Below, one piece after another: positions 6,252 through 15,532 of a stretch of 64,000 nucleotides of DNA (position 1 is its first letter; each line of letters starts with the position of its first letter). The notes beneath the pieces were generated by a model. The model did no database searches and was not told the origin of the DNA. It was given only the letters and a program-made list of their open reading frames with translations. The stretch is from a virus (taxonomy: Duplodnaviria; Caudoviricetes), in IMG/VR virus record IMGVR_UViG_3300035661_000004, one strand, 5' to 3'. The position numbers and the translations under genes were made by a program.

Positions 6252-6935
6252 TCAGAACCGCTTATATGGCTTTAGGTTGTGGCTTGGATCTTGCATGTCG
6301 TCAGGCGTCATTTGCTTGATCGCCTCCGCGGCCTCTTTTAGCGCTTCATGGAGGTCGGTTGCTTCGGCTTTTGCGGCGTCATCGCCGTTGACATCATAGA
6401 TCCAGACTCGGACCGTCGAATGGGTGGTGATGTTGATGTTGATGTGAGAGACGATGTACTGGTCATACACCTGGTGACCTGGCAGGTTGAACGGCGGGAA
6501 GATGTCCCAGTGCGCAACGTAGTCGTTGTCCTCACCGATGCCTTGCCGTTGGTCAATTGATGTCACACCTAAGGCTGACTTCAGCTGCTGCTCAAACACC
6601 TTGAACATGAAGTCTCGCTGCATGACCTTGAAGATTTTCGGAATGTCAAACTTCTCCCCCGAAAAGACGCTACCGCTCGCAGCCGCCACGACGACATACT
6701 CTTCGGGTAGAGTCGGTGACGGTAGCAGGTCAACCCAGCCTTTGACTAAGCCGTGTGTGTCTGTGTAGGAGAGCCGTACGCCAGCCTTACCGGCTTCCTT
6801 AGCCTTGCCGTACACCTCTGTGGGGGCGAGGGTGATGTGAAGGTCAAGCGGGTAGTCAGCCATCGCCTGCTGAAGCTTTAGCGCAGCGGTGCGGGGTGAC
6901 CTATCTCGGTTGGTGAACACATCTTCGACTAGCAT
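6252..6935 (-). CDS. hypothetical late protein
   Basis: 227 aa; TAAATA at 6965..6970 followed by a hairpin. Confidence 0.7.
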   Translation of the reverse strand: MLVEDVFTNRDRSPRTAALKLQQAMADYPLDLHITLAPTEVYGKAKEAGKAGVRLSYTDTHGLVKGWVDLLPSPTLPEEYVVVAAASGSVFSGEKFDIPKIFKVMQRDFMFKVFEQQLKSALGVTSIDQRQGIGEDNDYVAHWDIFPPFNLPGHQVYDQYIVSHININITTHSTVRVWIYDVNGDDAAKAEATDLHEALKEAAEAIKQMTPDDMQDPSHNLKPYKRF

Positions 6936-6983
6936 AGAATAAAGGGGGTGGCAAATGCCACCCTTATTTAGCCGAGCTTGAAC

Positions 6984-7613
6984 TCAGCTCGTGATGAACT
7001 TCGGAGCCAAGTCACGGTACACGCGGCTGCGGTCCTTGTTGGCGATCCGTCCCAACAAGAAGGCCATCTGATCAGCCTGGATGTTGCGGTTGCGCATGAT
7101 CATGGCTTCGGCCTTGCACGGGATGTACGGCAGGTAGAGCGGATCCATGGTCCGAGTGCCTTGCGGGCTGTACTGTCCATGCGGCAGCGGCTTGCCTGGC
7201 AGCAAGTCACCCTTCAGGTTGTTGCAGGCCTTGCAGGCCGTGACCACGTTCATCCACACGTCCGGGCCGCCCTTCGACACCGGCATGATGTGGTCACGAG
7301 TCAGGTCATGGCTCGTGAACAAGCCAGAGCAGTAGGCGCACATGTAGCGGTCACGCTGGAACAGTGAGGAGTTCGTCAGCGCAGACGGCTTAACCCGCTT
7401 GACCGTTGACTCGCCCTTGATGACGATGATCGAAGCCGTCATCAGCTCGGACTGGGACTTGGTCACGGAGTTGTCACCACCACGGTAGGTGATGAGGTCA
7501 TCGCCCAGGTGATCCAGGACTTGGCCCTTGGCTTCGCACATGATGGCCTCGTCACGGGTGATCCACTCGTGAGGGGTCCAAGACTTGTCGAGTACCAGAA
7601 CTTGATGCTGCAT
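6984..7613 (-). CDS. HNH endonuclease (McrA-like)
   Basis: RDRYMCAYC...LTRDHIMPVSKGG...NVVTACKACNNLKG. Confidence 0.85.
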   Translation of the reverse strand: MQHQVLVLDKSWTPHEWITRDEAIMCEAKGQVLDHLGDDLITYRGGDNSVTKSQSELMTASIIVIKGESTVKRVKPSALTNSSLFQRDRYMCAYCSGLFTSHDLTRDHIMPVSKGGPDVWMNVVTACKACNNLKGDLLPGKPLPHGQYSPQGTRTMDPLYLPYIPCKAEAMIMRNRNIQADQMAFLLGRIANKDRSRVYRDLAPKFITS

Positions 7614-7695
7614 GATGTTCTCCTCTAGTTTCCAGCAGGTGCGGCTAAACCTATCTTCCTACGTCCGCTTTGGCGCCTTGCAGGCGGTATTTATG

Positions 7696-7724
7696 ATTGT
7701 ACCCGGACCTCTACAGAATGTAAA
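7696..7724 (-). promoter_or_regulatory. early/middle promoter, with adjacent TAAATA
   Basis: TTTACA-N17-TACAAT-CATAAATA. Confidence 0.7.
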
Positions 7725-7735
7725 CCAAGCGCGCA

Positions 7736-7769
7736 AGAAAAAACCGCCCAGCTGTTAGGCCGGGCGGTG
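7736..7769 (-). terminator. intrinsic terminator
   Basis: ACCGCCC...GGGCGGT hairpin plus T run. Confidence 0.7.
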
Positions 7770-7800
7770 AAAGCGTCGTTGCATGACGCCGGAGGGAGGA

Positions 7801-8295
7801 TCAGTAGTAGCGGCGGCTGCGCGTACGGTCAACCCATGTAGGCAGCTCGGTACGGTCGGAGAAGTCCACGCGGAAGCACATCTTGCCGGACCAGGACTCC
7901 CAGAGCTTGGTCAAGAAGTCGGGCTCGTAGGGCTCGGGCTCCACGGCTTTCTTGGCCTTTCGCTTGGCCTTCTTCCACTCGCCATAGTGGTAGCTGCCGA
8001 AGACAAAGCCGACAACGAAGAGGGAGACCGCTGCCATGAGCGGCAGGACCAGGACGATTGCGAGCAAGTCGCCGGCGTCAGGCAAAGCTCTGAGTTTCAC
8101 AAGCGCTGCAACCCAAGCTATGTCATGACCTGCAAGGAAGGCGATGAGGCCGCCGTAGGCTGTAATGAGCAGAGCCTTGACCGTACCCCAGAACACCCAG
8201 TGTGAGTAGGTGCAGATGTCCACCTGCACCTCAGGGTGTAGGTTGGCGCTGTGGTAATAGAAGGCGAGACGCCCGTGCCAGCTGTTGGCTTTCAC
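7801..8295 (-). CDS. membrane protein
   Basis: Two to three hydrophobic segments. Confidence 0.65.
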   Translation of the reverse strand: MKANSWHGRLAFYYHSANLHPEVQVDICTYSHWVFWGTVKALLITAYGGLIAFLAGHDIAWVAALVKLRALPDAGDLLAIVLVLPLMAAVSLFVVGFVFGSYHYGEWKKAKRKAKKAVEPEPYEPDFLTKLWESWSGKMCFRVDFSDRTELPTWVDRTRSRRYY

Positions 8296-8306
8296 AGAGC
8301 GTCTCC

Positions 8307-9479
8307 TTAGGCGCGGCCGCGGCGCTTGGCCACGGCGCGGACCATTGCAGAGCGGACCGACTTGGTCTCGACCGACAGCTGTTTCAGGTCGCTCTTCGGC
8401 ACCGGCTTGCCAGTGATCGAGGAGATGTAGGTGCCGTCTTGCTCGAAGGCGATCGTGTACTTCTCAGCCGGCAGCGGCCCCTTGGAGTCCTGGAAGCGGA
8501 CCCAGGCCTTGCCGTTCTTTGCCAGGCCGTAGCCTTCGGCCAGGACCTTCAGCGAAGGCTTCAGGTTGCCGATGGAGACGGTCTCCTTCGGCTGCGCCAC
8601 GTTCTTGCGGGCCTTCTGCTTGGCGCCTTCCGGACCTTGCTCCACGAACTTGACTTGCGGTGCGGCGTCCTTCATGTTCTCGTCGAAGATGAAGGGCTGC
8701 AGGAACAGCTCGTCCTTGGCCGCATCGCCCAGAGCTTCGCCGACGACGAAGTACTCGGAGGCACGACCCTTGGTGTTCTGGTAGTCCGTCGGGATGGCGA
8801 ACACGAAGCGCGGGTTGACCTTGACGATGACGGTGCGTGAGCTGACATCGCTGCGGTACTGGCTCAGGTAGGAGCGCGAGCAGAAGTGCAGGCCCACGGA
8901 GCAGGTCTGGTGACGGTTGACGTCGACCTTGTCCGGGTCCATGGCGACCAGCTTGCCGGGGCTGTTGTCCAGCGTGCCGGTGTAGATGTCCTTGAAGTTT
9001 CGCGCGACCTTCTTGTAGGCCAGGAAGCAACCGTCCTTCGTGATGGGCATCTTGCCGCTCATCAGGAACTGGTACAGCTCCTCGCGGAGGTCCTTCTTCT
9101 TGTTACGGCTGATGTTCTGCAGCAGCAGGACCAGCGGCTGAATGGACTCGGCCGTGCTGCCGTTGCGGACAGAGGCGATGATGCGGTCCACGAGTGGACC
9201 GGCGATCTTCTCGGGGCCCTTCGGGCCTTCCCAGTAGAGCTCACCATCAACGAAGCGCACGCGAGCGTTAGCGTTGGTGATCGCTTCGGCGACCGTACGC
9301 TTGACATTGGCGAGAGCCAGGACTCGGTCGTACTTGCCGGCGCGCAGCTCCTGCTCGATCAGGTCGAAGTTCGGGTTGGTCGTGTCAACGACCGCCGGCA
9401 CTCCGTTGACGATCAGGGTCAGACCGACTGCGTTCTTGGTCCAGAAGACCTGCGGCGCGCTCTTTGCATCGATTGCCAT
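8307..9479 (-). CDS. rIIB: rIIB-like protein
   Basis: PITKDGCFLAYKKV...DIYTGTLDNSPG...CSVGLHFCS motif; downstream of rIIA. Confidence 0.85.
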   Translation of the reverse strand: MAIDAKSAPQVFWTKNAVGLTLIVNGVPAVVDTTNPNFDLIEQELRAGKYDRVLALANVKRTVAEAITNANARVRFVDGELYWEGPKGPEKIAGPLVDRIIASVRNGSTAESIQPLVLLLQNISRNKKKDLREELYQFLMSGKMPITKDGCFLAYKKVARNFKDIYTGTLDNSPGKLVAMDPDKVDVNRHQTCSVGLHFCSRSYLSQYRSDVSSRTVIVKVNPRFVFAIPTDYQNTKGRASEYFVVGEALGDAAKDELFLQPFIFDENMKDAAPQVKFVEQGPEGAKQKARKNVAQPKETVSIGNLKPSLKVLAEGYGLAKNGKAWVRFQDSKGPLPAEKYTIAFEQDGTYISSITGKPVPKSDLKQLSVETKSVRSAMVRAVAKRRGRA

Positions 9480-9505
9480 GGCTCTCTCCGTGTTGTGGTA
9501 TGTGA

Positions 9506-9534
9506 ATTGTATACTGAAGCGGATCCGGTGTAAA
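9506..9534 (-). promoter_or_regulatory. early/middle promoter for rIIB
   Basis: TTTACA-N17-TACAAT. Confidence 0.7.
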
Positions 9535-9550
9535 CAAGTCCGTGATGTAT

Positions 9551-12151
9551 TTAAGCGGTCAGCAAAGCTTCGGCCCAGTAAGCAGCTTCGGTGTCGCGTC
9601 GTGCTTGGGCTTCAGCTTCAGCGATCGTGCGGTCAACACCCACCAAGTAGGCAACAACTTGGTGGAAGAAGGGCTCCTTGCGATCGTAGAGCTCATCGCC
9701 CAGGTGCTCGAGCAGCGGGTAAGCCTTGAGCACGTCGGCAAGGCGCACCTTGCCTTCTAGCAGGGTTCGCATGTCATCGAACTGACGCTCGATCGTGTGG
9801 ACCACGTACACGAGCGCCGAGCGCTTCGTGTTGCCGATCAGCGCGCTCTTGACCACGTTTGTGATGCCCCGCAGCTTAACAAAGACGTTGTTCGGGCCGA
9901 GCGGCCCCATCGCCTTGACAAACTTGGATTCATTGATGAAGGCCTTAGCGATCCGCGCGCCGTCCGACCGGTCAAGGGCGTTTAACCGGCTTTGCATTGC
10001 CTTGAGCAAGCCGGCGTCGGCTGTTACCATGTCCTTGATCGGCTTGAGCAGCTCAGCCATGTCGACAAGCTCTACGCCTTTGTTCTTGCATTCCTCTTGC
10101 TGCCGGTCAGACAGCAAGCCGATCATCAATGGCTTGCCGTCTGTCATGAAAGGCTCGAGCAAGCCGAGCGTGAACAAGGCGCCGACCAGCTCGTTCTCGA
10201 TCAACTGCTTGTGCACGCCCAGCGGTTGACCGTGCACGGTGGGCACGTACAGCATTGGCCGCTTCAGCTCGTGACGTGCATAGTCACGGCTGTGGGTGGG
10301 CTTGTAGAAGCTCAGGTTGATCAGGCCATCCAGCTTGTAGAGCTCGCGCTGAATGTGCTTGCCGGCTTGGTCAACGGGGAAGGTGTACATGTCGAAGCGC
10401 TGCTCGATCGTGCCCTTCTGCGCAGGCTTCTTTGCTGCTACGAAGTCACGCTTCGGTGGCTCAGGGAACTTGAACTTCGGCAGCGTGCTCAGCAGCACGA
10501 CCTTAGCGCCGTCCGCGATCGTGCCCTTGACATGCTCGCTGAACTTGACCAGAGTGTCCGCTGCGCTCAAGCCGCCGCCGAAGCCGTCGATGAAGTACAG
10601 AGCGGCGCTCTGGTAGGCTCGGATCAGGTCAGGGTCGTTGAACTGTTCAGCGTAGAAGCGGATGCCTTCCGAGCCACGCTCGCCTAGGTCATTGATGATG
10701 AAGGCGATGTTGCCTTCGCGCGTGTACAGGTCAAAGTTGGTGTTTGTGACCTTGTGGCCTTCATGCAGGTAGTTCGCCGCCCGCCGCTTCATGTTGACGT
10801 TCAGCAACGGCTTCGGCTCGAGCGCCGGCGAGAACCAGTCGATCGTGTTGTTCTGGGCACCGACCGTGCGCTTGGTCTTCGGGTCAACCGTGCCAGGATG
10901 CTCCACCATCACGAAGGAGATCGCCGTCAGGCCGAAGCGCTGCGGCCCCTTGACGTATATCTTGTAGTCCGCGGAGATCAACTGGACATTGAATAGCAGG
11001 TGCTCTCCCTTGCTGACATGAATGCGGTCGGTGCGCAGCTTGCTCGGCACGACCTCGCGGCCGTCGGCCAGCTTGAAGGTCTCGCCCATGATGATTTGAG
11101 CGACAAACGGGAAGCTTTCGTACAGCAGGCGGTACTTCTCGTTGAACTTCTTGAGGAAAGCGTTCGGCGAGTCCATGTTGTGCAGGTCCGACTTGGACTT
11201 TTCAACCAGCTCGCCAGCGATCCGGTCAAATGCAACGCTCAAGACCTTGCACGTCGGCTCGTCATAGCTGAGCTCCTCGCGCGAAGCCTGGAAGCTCAAG
11301 GCGCCAATGGGGAAGGTGATCGTGATCGGCTGGTTCAGGATGGCGCGAGCGCGATCTGAAACACGGGGCAAGGACTGGGCCGTGATGCGGTAGGGCACGC
11401 CGCCCATGACGGCGACCGGGCCGGCGTTGTCATGGCTGTACTTGCGGAGGTTCCAGTCGCTGCCGGTAGAGATCGGGTTGCCGCGGGCCTCTTCGATGGC
11501 CTTGACCACCGAGGTATCGCCTTGGAAGGTGGGCAGGTCAGCGGGGTTCCAGTAGCTGTAGAAGCGGATGATCCGTTGGCGGAAGGCTTTGATGTCATCG
11601 ATGCGAACCGCGAGCTCGACACGGACGCCGTTAGGCAAGTCAGTAGGAGCTTGGAAGACCAGCTTGCCGTCCGGCACGCCGCCTTCGTTGATGAAGCAGA
11701 AGTACTTGTACTCGACGCCGTTGTATCGGTTGATGACGAGGAACGAGCTCTTCGTGTAGGCGAACGGGCTCTTCGAGCCGAGGCCGAGAGCGCCGATGGC
11801 GTCATTCGTGTGGGTCTTGGTCGATGCGCCGTAGGTCCAGAAGATGTCGACGATGTGGTCGGGGTCGATGCCCAGGCCGACGTCCTCGACCCAGAAGTTG
11901 TTGTCGAGCGTGGTCGGCACGTTGACCATGAAGCCGAACTTGCGAGCAGGATCCGGGTCGGCGATGGCAGCCATGACCGCGGAGTCACGAGCGTTGCAGC
12001 TCAGCTCGCGGATGACGGCCATAATCTTGTCGGTGTAGATGCCGTCCGACAGGATCGCGAACATCTTCGGGTTGGACTTCAGCTTGAAGGTCAAGCGGTC
12101 ATCCTGGGGGAGGTTGCCTTCGAACTTGATCTCTTCCTCGAGCAGCTTCAT
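9551..12151 (-). CDS. rIIA: rIIA-like protein (N-terminal GHKL domain)
   Basis: LSDGIY...VIRELSCNARDS...EDVGLGI...STKT....IGALGLGSKSPFAY. Confidence 0.9.
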   Translation of the reverse strand: MKLLEEEIKFEGNLPQDDRLTFKLKSNPKMFAILSDGIYTDKIMAVIRELSCNARDSAVMAAIADPDPARKFGFMVNVPTTLDNNFWVEDVGLGIDPDHIVDIFWTYGASTKTHTNDAIGALGLGSKSPFAYTKSSFLVINRYNGVEYKYFCFINEGGVPDGKLVFQAPTDLPNGVRVELAVRIDDIKAFRQRIIRFYSYWNPADLPTFQGDTSVVKAIEEARGNPISTGSDWNLRKYSHDNAGPVAVMGGVPYRITAQSLPRVSDRARAILNQPITITFPIGALSFQASREELSYDEPTCKVLSVAFDRIAGELVEKSKSDLHNMDSPNAFLKKFNEKYRLLYESFPFVAQIIMGETFKLADGREVVPSKLRTDRIHVSKGEHLLFNVQLISADYKIYVKGPQRFGLTAISFVMVEHPGTVDPKTKRTVGAQNNTIDWFSPALEPKPLLNVNMKRRAANYLHEGHKVTNTNFDLYTREGNIAFIINDLGERGSEGIRFYAEQFNDPDLIRAYQSAALYFIDGFGGGLSAADTLVKFSEHVKGTIADGAKVVLLSTLPKFKFPEPPKRDFVAAKKPAQKGTIEQRFDMYTFPVDQAGKHIQRELYKLDGLINLSFYKPTHSRDYARHELKRPMLYVPTVHGQPLGVHKQLIENELVGALFTLGLLEPFMTDGKPLMIGLLSDRQQEECKNKGVELVDMAELLKPIKDMVTADAGLLKAMQSRLNALDRSDGARIAKAFINESKFVKAMGPLGPNNVFVKLRGITNVVKSALIGNTKRSALVYVVHTIERQFDDMRTLLEGKVRLADVLKAYPLLEHLGDELYDRKEPFFHQVVAYLVGVDRTIAEAEAQARRDTEAAYWAEALLTA

Positions 12152-12238
12152 TTCGCTTCCTTAAGTATCCGAGTTTCGATAGGAATGATTGTATCCCTTT
12201 CAAATGTCCAGGTAAACAGGTCTTGGCTAAATACTTCT

Positions 12239-12406
12239 ATGAAAGACCTGCTGACGCTCCAGAGCGCAGTGATTGCGCTGCATGAACTCGCTCGGAACAT
12301 TGATGATCCGGGCGTGGAGGCGCGCATTCGTCGGATCGCCGACAAGCTGCACGAAGTGGTTAAGGAGCTTCGGGAGACGCTCGCTTACTTGCCAGATCAG
12401 CCCTGA
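12239..12406 (+). CDS. small hypothetical late protein
   Basis: TAAATA at 12228..12233 then ATG. Confidence 0.5.
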   Translation: MKDLLTLQSAVIALHELARNIDDPGVEARIRRIADKLHEVVKELRETLAYLPDQP

Positions 12407-12812
12407 TTCCCATCAGCAGCCGACCTAGCCAGTTTTGACCGACGCCGTCACAGACGCCCCAGAAGGTGTCACCCCAGTGGTTTCCCTCCACAAGCTCCTC
12501 ATCACCCGTGGTTAGCAGCATCGCCGCAAGGCCGGTGTTTGAGAACTTGCTTTCAAGGATGTCACGCATCACCTGCACCTTGACCAGGTCCCAGTCAGGT
12601 CGAAGCGGCAGCTTGCGCCCGAGCCGCTTGACTTGACCCGCTGTCTTTGCTTCAAGGACCAGGTCCAAGACCGCGGGCCAAAGGTGCGGCTCGACTTTGG
12701 CCATGACATAAGCATGCTCCGATGACGGGAAGAGCACGTCCTTGTACTTGACGGTGCAAGGCCAAAAGTTGCTCAGCCAACGGTGTTCACCCTTGAACTC
12801 AGCGATCATCAT
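12360..12812 (-). CDS. NADAR (YbiA-like) protein
   Basis: WLSNFWP...SSEHAY..AK...KFS...LVEGNHWGDTFWG...GQNWLGRLLM. Confidence 0.9.
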   Translation of the reverse strand: MMIAEFKGEHRWLSNFWPCTVKYKDVLFPSSEHAYVMAKVEPHLWPAVLDLVLEAKTAGQVKRLGRKLPLRPDWDLVKVQVMRDILESKFSNTGLAAMLLTTGDEELVEGNHWGDTFWGVCDGVGQNWLGRLLMGIRADLASKRASPEAP

Positions 12813-13233
12813 GCACCTGCTTGTTAAAGTAAGCGTCGAGAGCTTTCTGATGAAGCGGGAAGCACAGCTTTGACTCGCGTGTCAGCACGCAAAAGCGCCG
12901 CACCTCTCGGTTAGGCTTGAGCTCAGCGATCTTCGGCTCGGGAATGCATACTATTGCCTCGCAGAAGATCAGCACACGGTTTGTAGCCGTAATCTCAGAG
13001 TGAGACAGCCTCCACATACTAGGGGAGAAGGAGATGCCTACCTCCTCCGCAAATTCGCGCGAAGCGGCTTGCTCGATGGACTCAAGCTTGTCGACGTAGC
13101 CACCAGGCATCGCCAGCCCGCCTAGCTGTGGCTCGATGCCCCGTTCGATCCCCAGCAGGCCGATGACATTGAGGTCACTGTCAAGGACTCTTACCATGTT
13201 GACCGCGACAGGTGTGGGATTCTCGTAGTTCAT
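12799..13233 (-). CDS. NUDIX hydrolase
   Basis: NPTPVA...PGGYVDKLESIEQAASREFAEEVG Nudix box. Confidence 0.85.
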   Translation of the reverse strand: MNYENPTPVAVNMVRVLDSDLNVIGLLGIERGIEPQLGGLAMPGGYVDKLESIEQAASREFAEEVGISFSPSMWRLSHSEITATNRVLIFCEAIVCIPEPKIAELKPNREVRRFCVLTRESKLCFPLHQKALDAYFNKQVHDDR

Positions 13234-13375
13234 GCTTGCAGCCTTTGGAGCTTGACGATGTCCTCGCGGAGCTGTCGAAGCAGCTCCTTGAGCTCATACG
13301 CCTGCTTGAGCTGTTGCTCTCGTAGGCGCATCTCCTTGCGGCACAATCTACTCAACCTATCGGCCATCACGACGC

Positions 13376-14953
13376 TCAGAATGTAAACACGCCCCAGCCG
13401 ATATCGATGCTGTTCTCAACCCTTGCGCCGTTGAGGGCCATGATGACATGCGGCACGCTGGTTTCACCGTCGCCGTCATCGATGTACATCGTCAGCTTGA
13501 CCGTGCCGCCCCAAAGGTAGGAGGCATGCGCGATCACGTCATTGGCTTGCTCTTCGTTGAGGGGGCGGTTGTTGACAACGAAGTGCTTCAACCTTAGCAC
13601 GTCATCGTCGTTTCCGATGACCTGGATGTCAGGCTTGTAGCGCGAGATGTGGTACTGTGCGGCCAGCTTAGCGCGCAGTTCACGGAAGGACTCAGGACGA
13701 GCCACCTCGGTGATTAGGTACTCTTCGTCATAGAGTCCGTGGTCACGGATCGCAAACATCTCGAGCTTCTTCGCTACCGACGGCGCCAAGAACTGCAGGA
13801 TGAAGGTCTCATCGGTATAGTTCATCATGGCTTCTTGCAAGACATCCTGCCACGGTTGCCCCTTCAAGTGGCCGTGGTACGGCTCGTCATCGGGGTCCTT
13901 GCAGCCATCCTCGCAGGCAGCCTTGAGGGACATGAAGATCTCAAAGCCGAGCTTGTACGGGTTGAAGGCGGCTTGCGCACGCTGCGCGATGACGCCCGAG
14001 TGCATTCGGAAGAACTCATGCATCGAACCTTCGTCGATTAGGCCCTTGTCATACAGCCTGTTGAGGATGTAGTAGTGAGTGAAGGTAGCGTAGCCCTCAT
14101 TCAGCACCTTGGTCTTGCGTTGTGGGTCAAAGTACTGAGCGATCATCCGGTTGATGCGGATGAGCTCCTTCTTCCACGCTGGGATCTTGCCGTGCTTCTC
14201 GATGAAGTAGAGGAGGTTCTCTTGCGGCTCTGCGAGCAAGCCTTCTTCGTCATCCTCGGCAGGCGGTGCTTGGTCAGCCTTTGCCTTGTCGACCAAGCCT
14301 TTGCCGACCTTCTGCCACACAGCGTCATAGTCATACAGCTGCTGAGCAAAGCGCTCGATGGCCTTCTTCTCCTCTTGCTCAGAGTTCAGAGCGCGGTTCC
14401 GCTTAGCGCTGTCTGTGCCGTACAGGCTCAGTGCATGGCACGCGTCAAGCACCGCTTCGACTTCGTCAACGCCGTAGCGCTCTTCGCACATCAAGATGTA
14501 ACGGCGAGCGAAGCTCAGGTAGCTGACGATGCCCGCCGCGTCCGTGTAGTTCTTGAACATGAAGTTGTTCTTGAAGACAGCGGAGTGGCCGATCGATGCG
14601 TGCGCGATGACCAACAGTTGGACCAACGCGTTGTTCTCCTCCATCAGGTAGGCGATGCAGGGATTCGAGTTGATGACGATCTCGTACGCCAGGCCCATGA
14701 GGCCCTTCTTGTAGTCTGCCTCCGACTTGACCAGCTCCTTGCCGTATGACCAGTGCGAGTACCAGACCGGCAAGCCGCTTGAGGTATAAGCTTCGAGCAT
14801 CTGTGCGGCCGAGACCACTTCAATCTGAGGCTCGTAGTAGGTCTGGCGCATGTCCTCTTGCGCGATGACCTTGCACTCCTCCCAGCAGCGTCGGAGGAGC
14901 TCTTCATTCCAGTCGGCGCCCGACGTGAACAGGAGCTTGCTATCTTCAGACAT
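13376..14953 (-). CDS. ycgB: SpoVR/YcgB family protein
   Basis: GLPVWYSHWSYGK...GLAYEIVINSNPCIAYLM...HASIGHSAVFKNN...KVLNEGYATFTH. Confidence 0.9.
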   Translation of the reverse strand: MSEDSKLLFTSGADWNEELLRRCWEECKVIAQEDMRQTYYEPQIEVVSAAQMLEAYTSSGLPVWYSHWSYGKELVKSEADYKKGLMGLAYEIVINSNPCIAYLMEENNALVQLLVIAHASIGHSAVFKNNFMFKNYTDAAGIVSYLSFARRYILMCEERYGVDEVEAVLDACHALSLYGTDSAKRNRALNSEQEEKKAIERFAQQLYDYDAVWQKVGKGLVDKAKADQAPPAEDDEEGLLAEPQENLLYFIEKHGKIPAWKKELIRINRMIAQYFDPQRKTKVLNEGYATFTHYYILNRLYDKGLIDEGSMHEFFRMHSGVIAQRAQAAFNPYKLGFEIFMSLKAACEDGCKDPDDEPYHGHLKGQPWQDVLQEAMMNYTDETFILQFLAPSVAKKLEMFAIRDHGLYDEEYLITEVARPESFRELRAKLAAQYHISRYKPDIQVIGNDDDVLRLKHFVVNNRPLNEEQANDVIAHASYLWGGTVKLTMYIDDGDGETSVPHVIMALNGARVENSIDIGWGVFTF

Positions 14954-15356
14954 TGGGACCCTCCTTGGGGCAGGCGAGATTGAGCTGAGCTTCGCTGATA
15001 GAGCCAGGCTCCATCACGATCTTGGTGTTCATCGTGGACTCTTGCACCGCATTTGAGTCGGCGTCATAAGCCACGAGGAACTTGATGGTAGAGGTGCGGG
15101 CCTTGCAGTCATGCTCAGTCCGCGAGACGTAGCTGGTCTTGTCGTCAAGGTTCTCGAGCAACGTGAACGTAATGGGAACCTTACCGCCTCGAGCTACCGT
15201 GACGTGAGCCAAGAGGTTGTCCTTGCGAAGCTCGACGATGCCATTGCGAACGGTAGCTTGCGGAGCTGCAACGATCGGATGACTTTCAACATTGATGCTG
15301 GCCTCGCAGCCAACAAGGAGCGCTAGGCACCAAAGCCATACTGCGCGACGACGCAT
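14946..15356 (-). CDS. putative lipoprotein
   Basis: Lipobox-like LLVG-C after a hydrophobic stretch. Confidence 0.6.
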   Translation of the reverse strand: MRRRAVWLWCLALLVGCEASINVESHPIVAAPQATVRNGIVELRKDNLLAHVTVARGGKVPITFTLLENLDDKTSYVSRTEHDCKARTSTIKFLVAYDADSNAVQESTMNTKIVMEPGSISEAQLNLACPKEGPNV

Positions 15357-15532
15357 TGAAGTACCTCTTGGGCGTTGATGATCTCGTAATCGGACTTCTT
15401 AATCTCGTTGAGGTATGAAGCGAGCGGCTGTTCAGCTCCGAGCATCTTGCCGTTCTCGTCCCTGGGAACACAAGTGACAAGGGAGCGACCGAAGATGTGC
15501 TTGACGGTCAATGCGGTGAGTTGGATTTTCAT
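15323..15532 (-). CDS. hypothetical protein
   Basis: ATGA-coupled to yeaH. Confidence 0.5.
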   Translation of the reverse strand: MKIQLTALTVKHIFGRSLVTCVPRDENGKMLGAEQPLASYLNEIKKSDYEIINAQEVLQCVVAQYGFGA

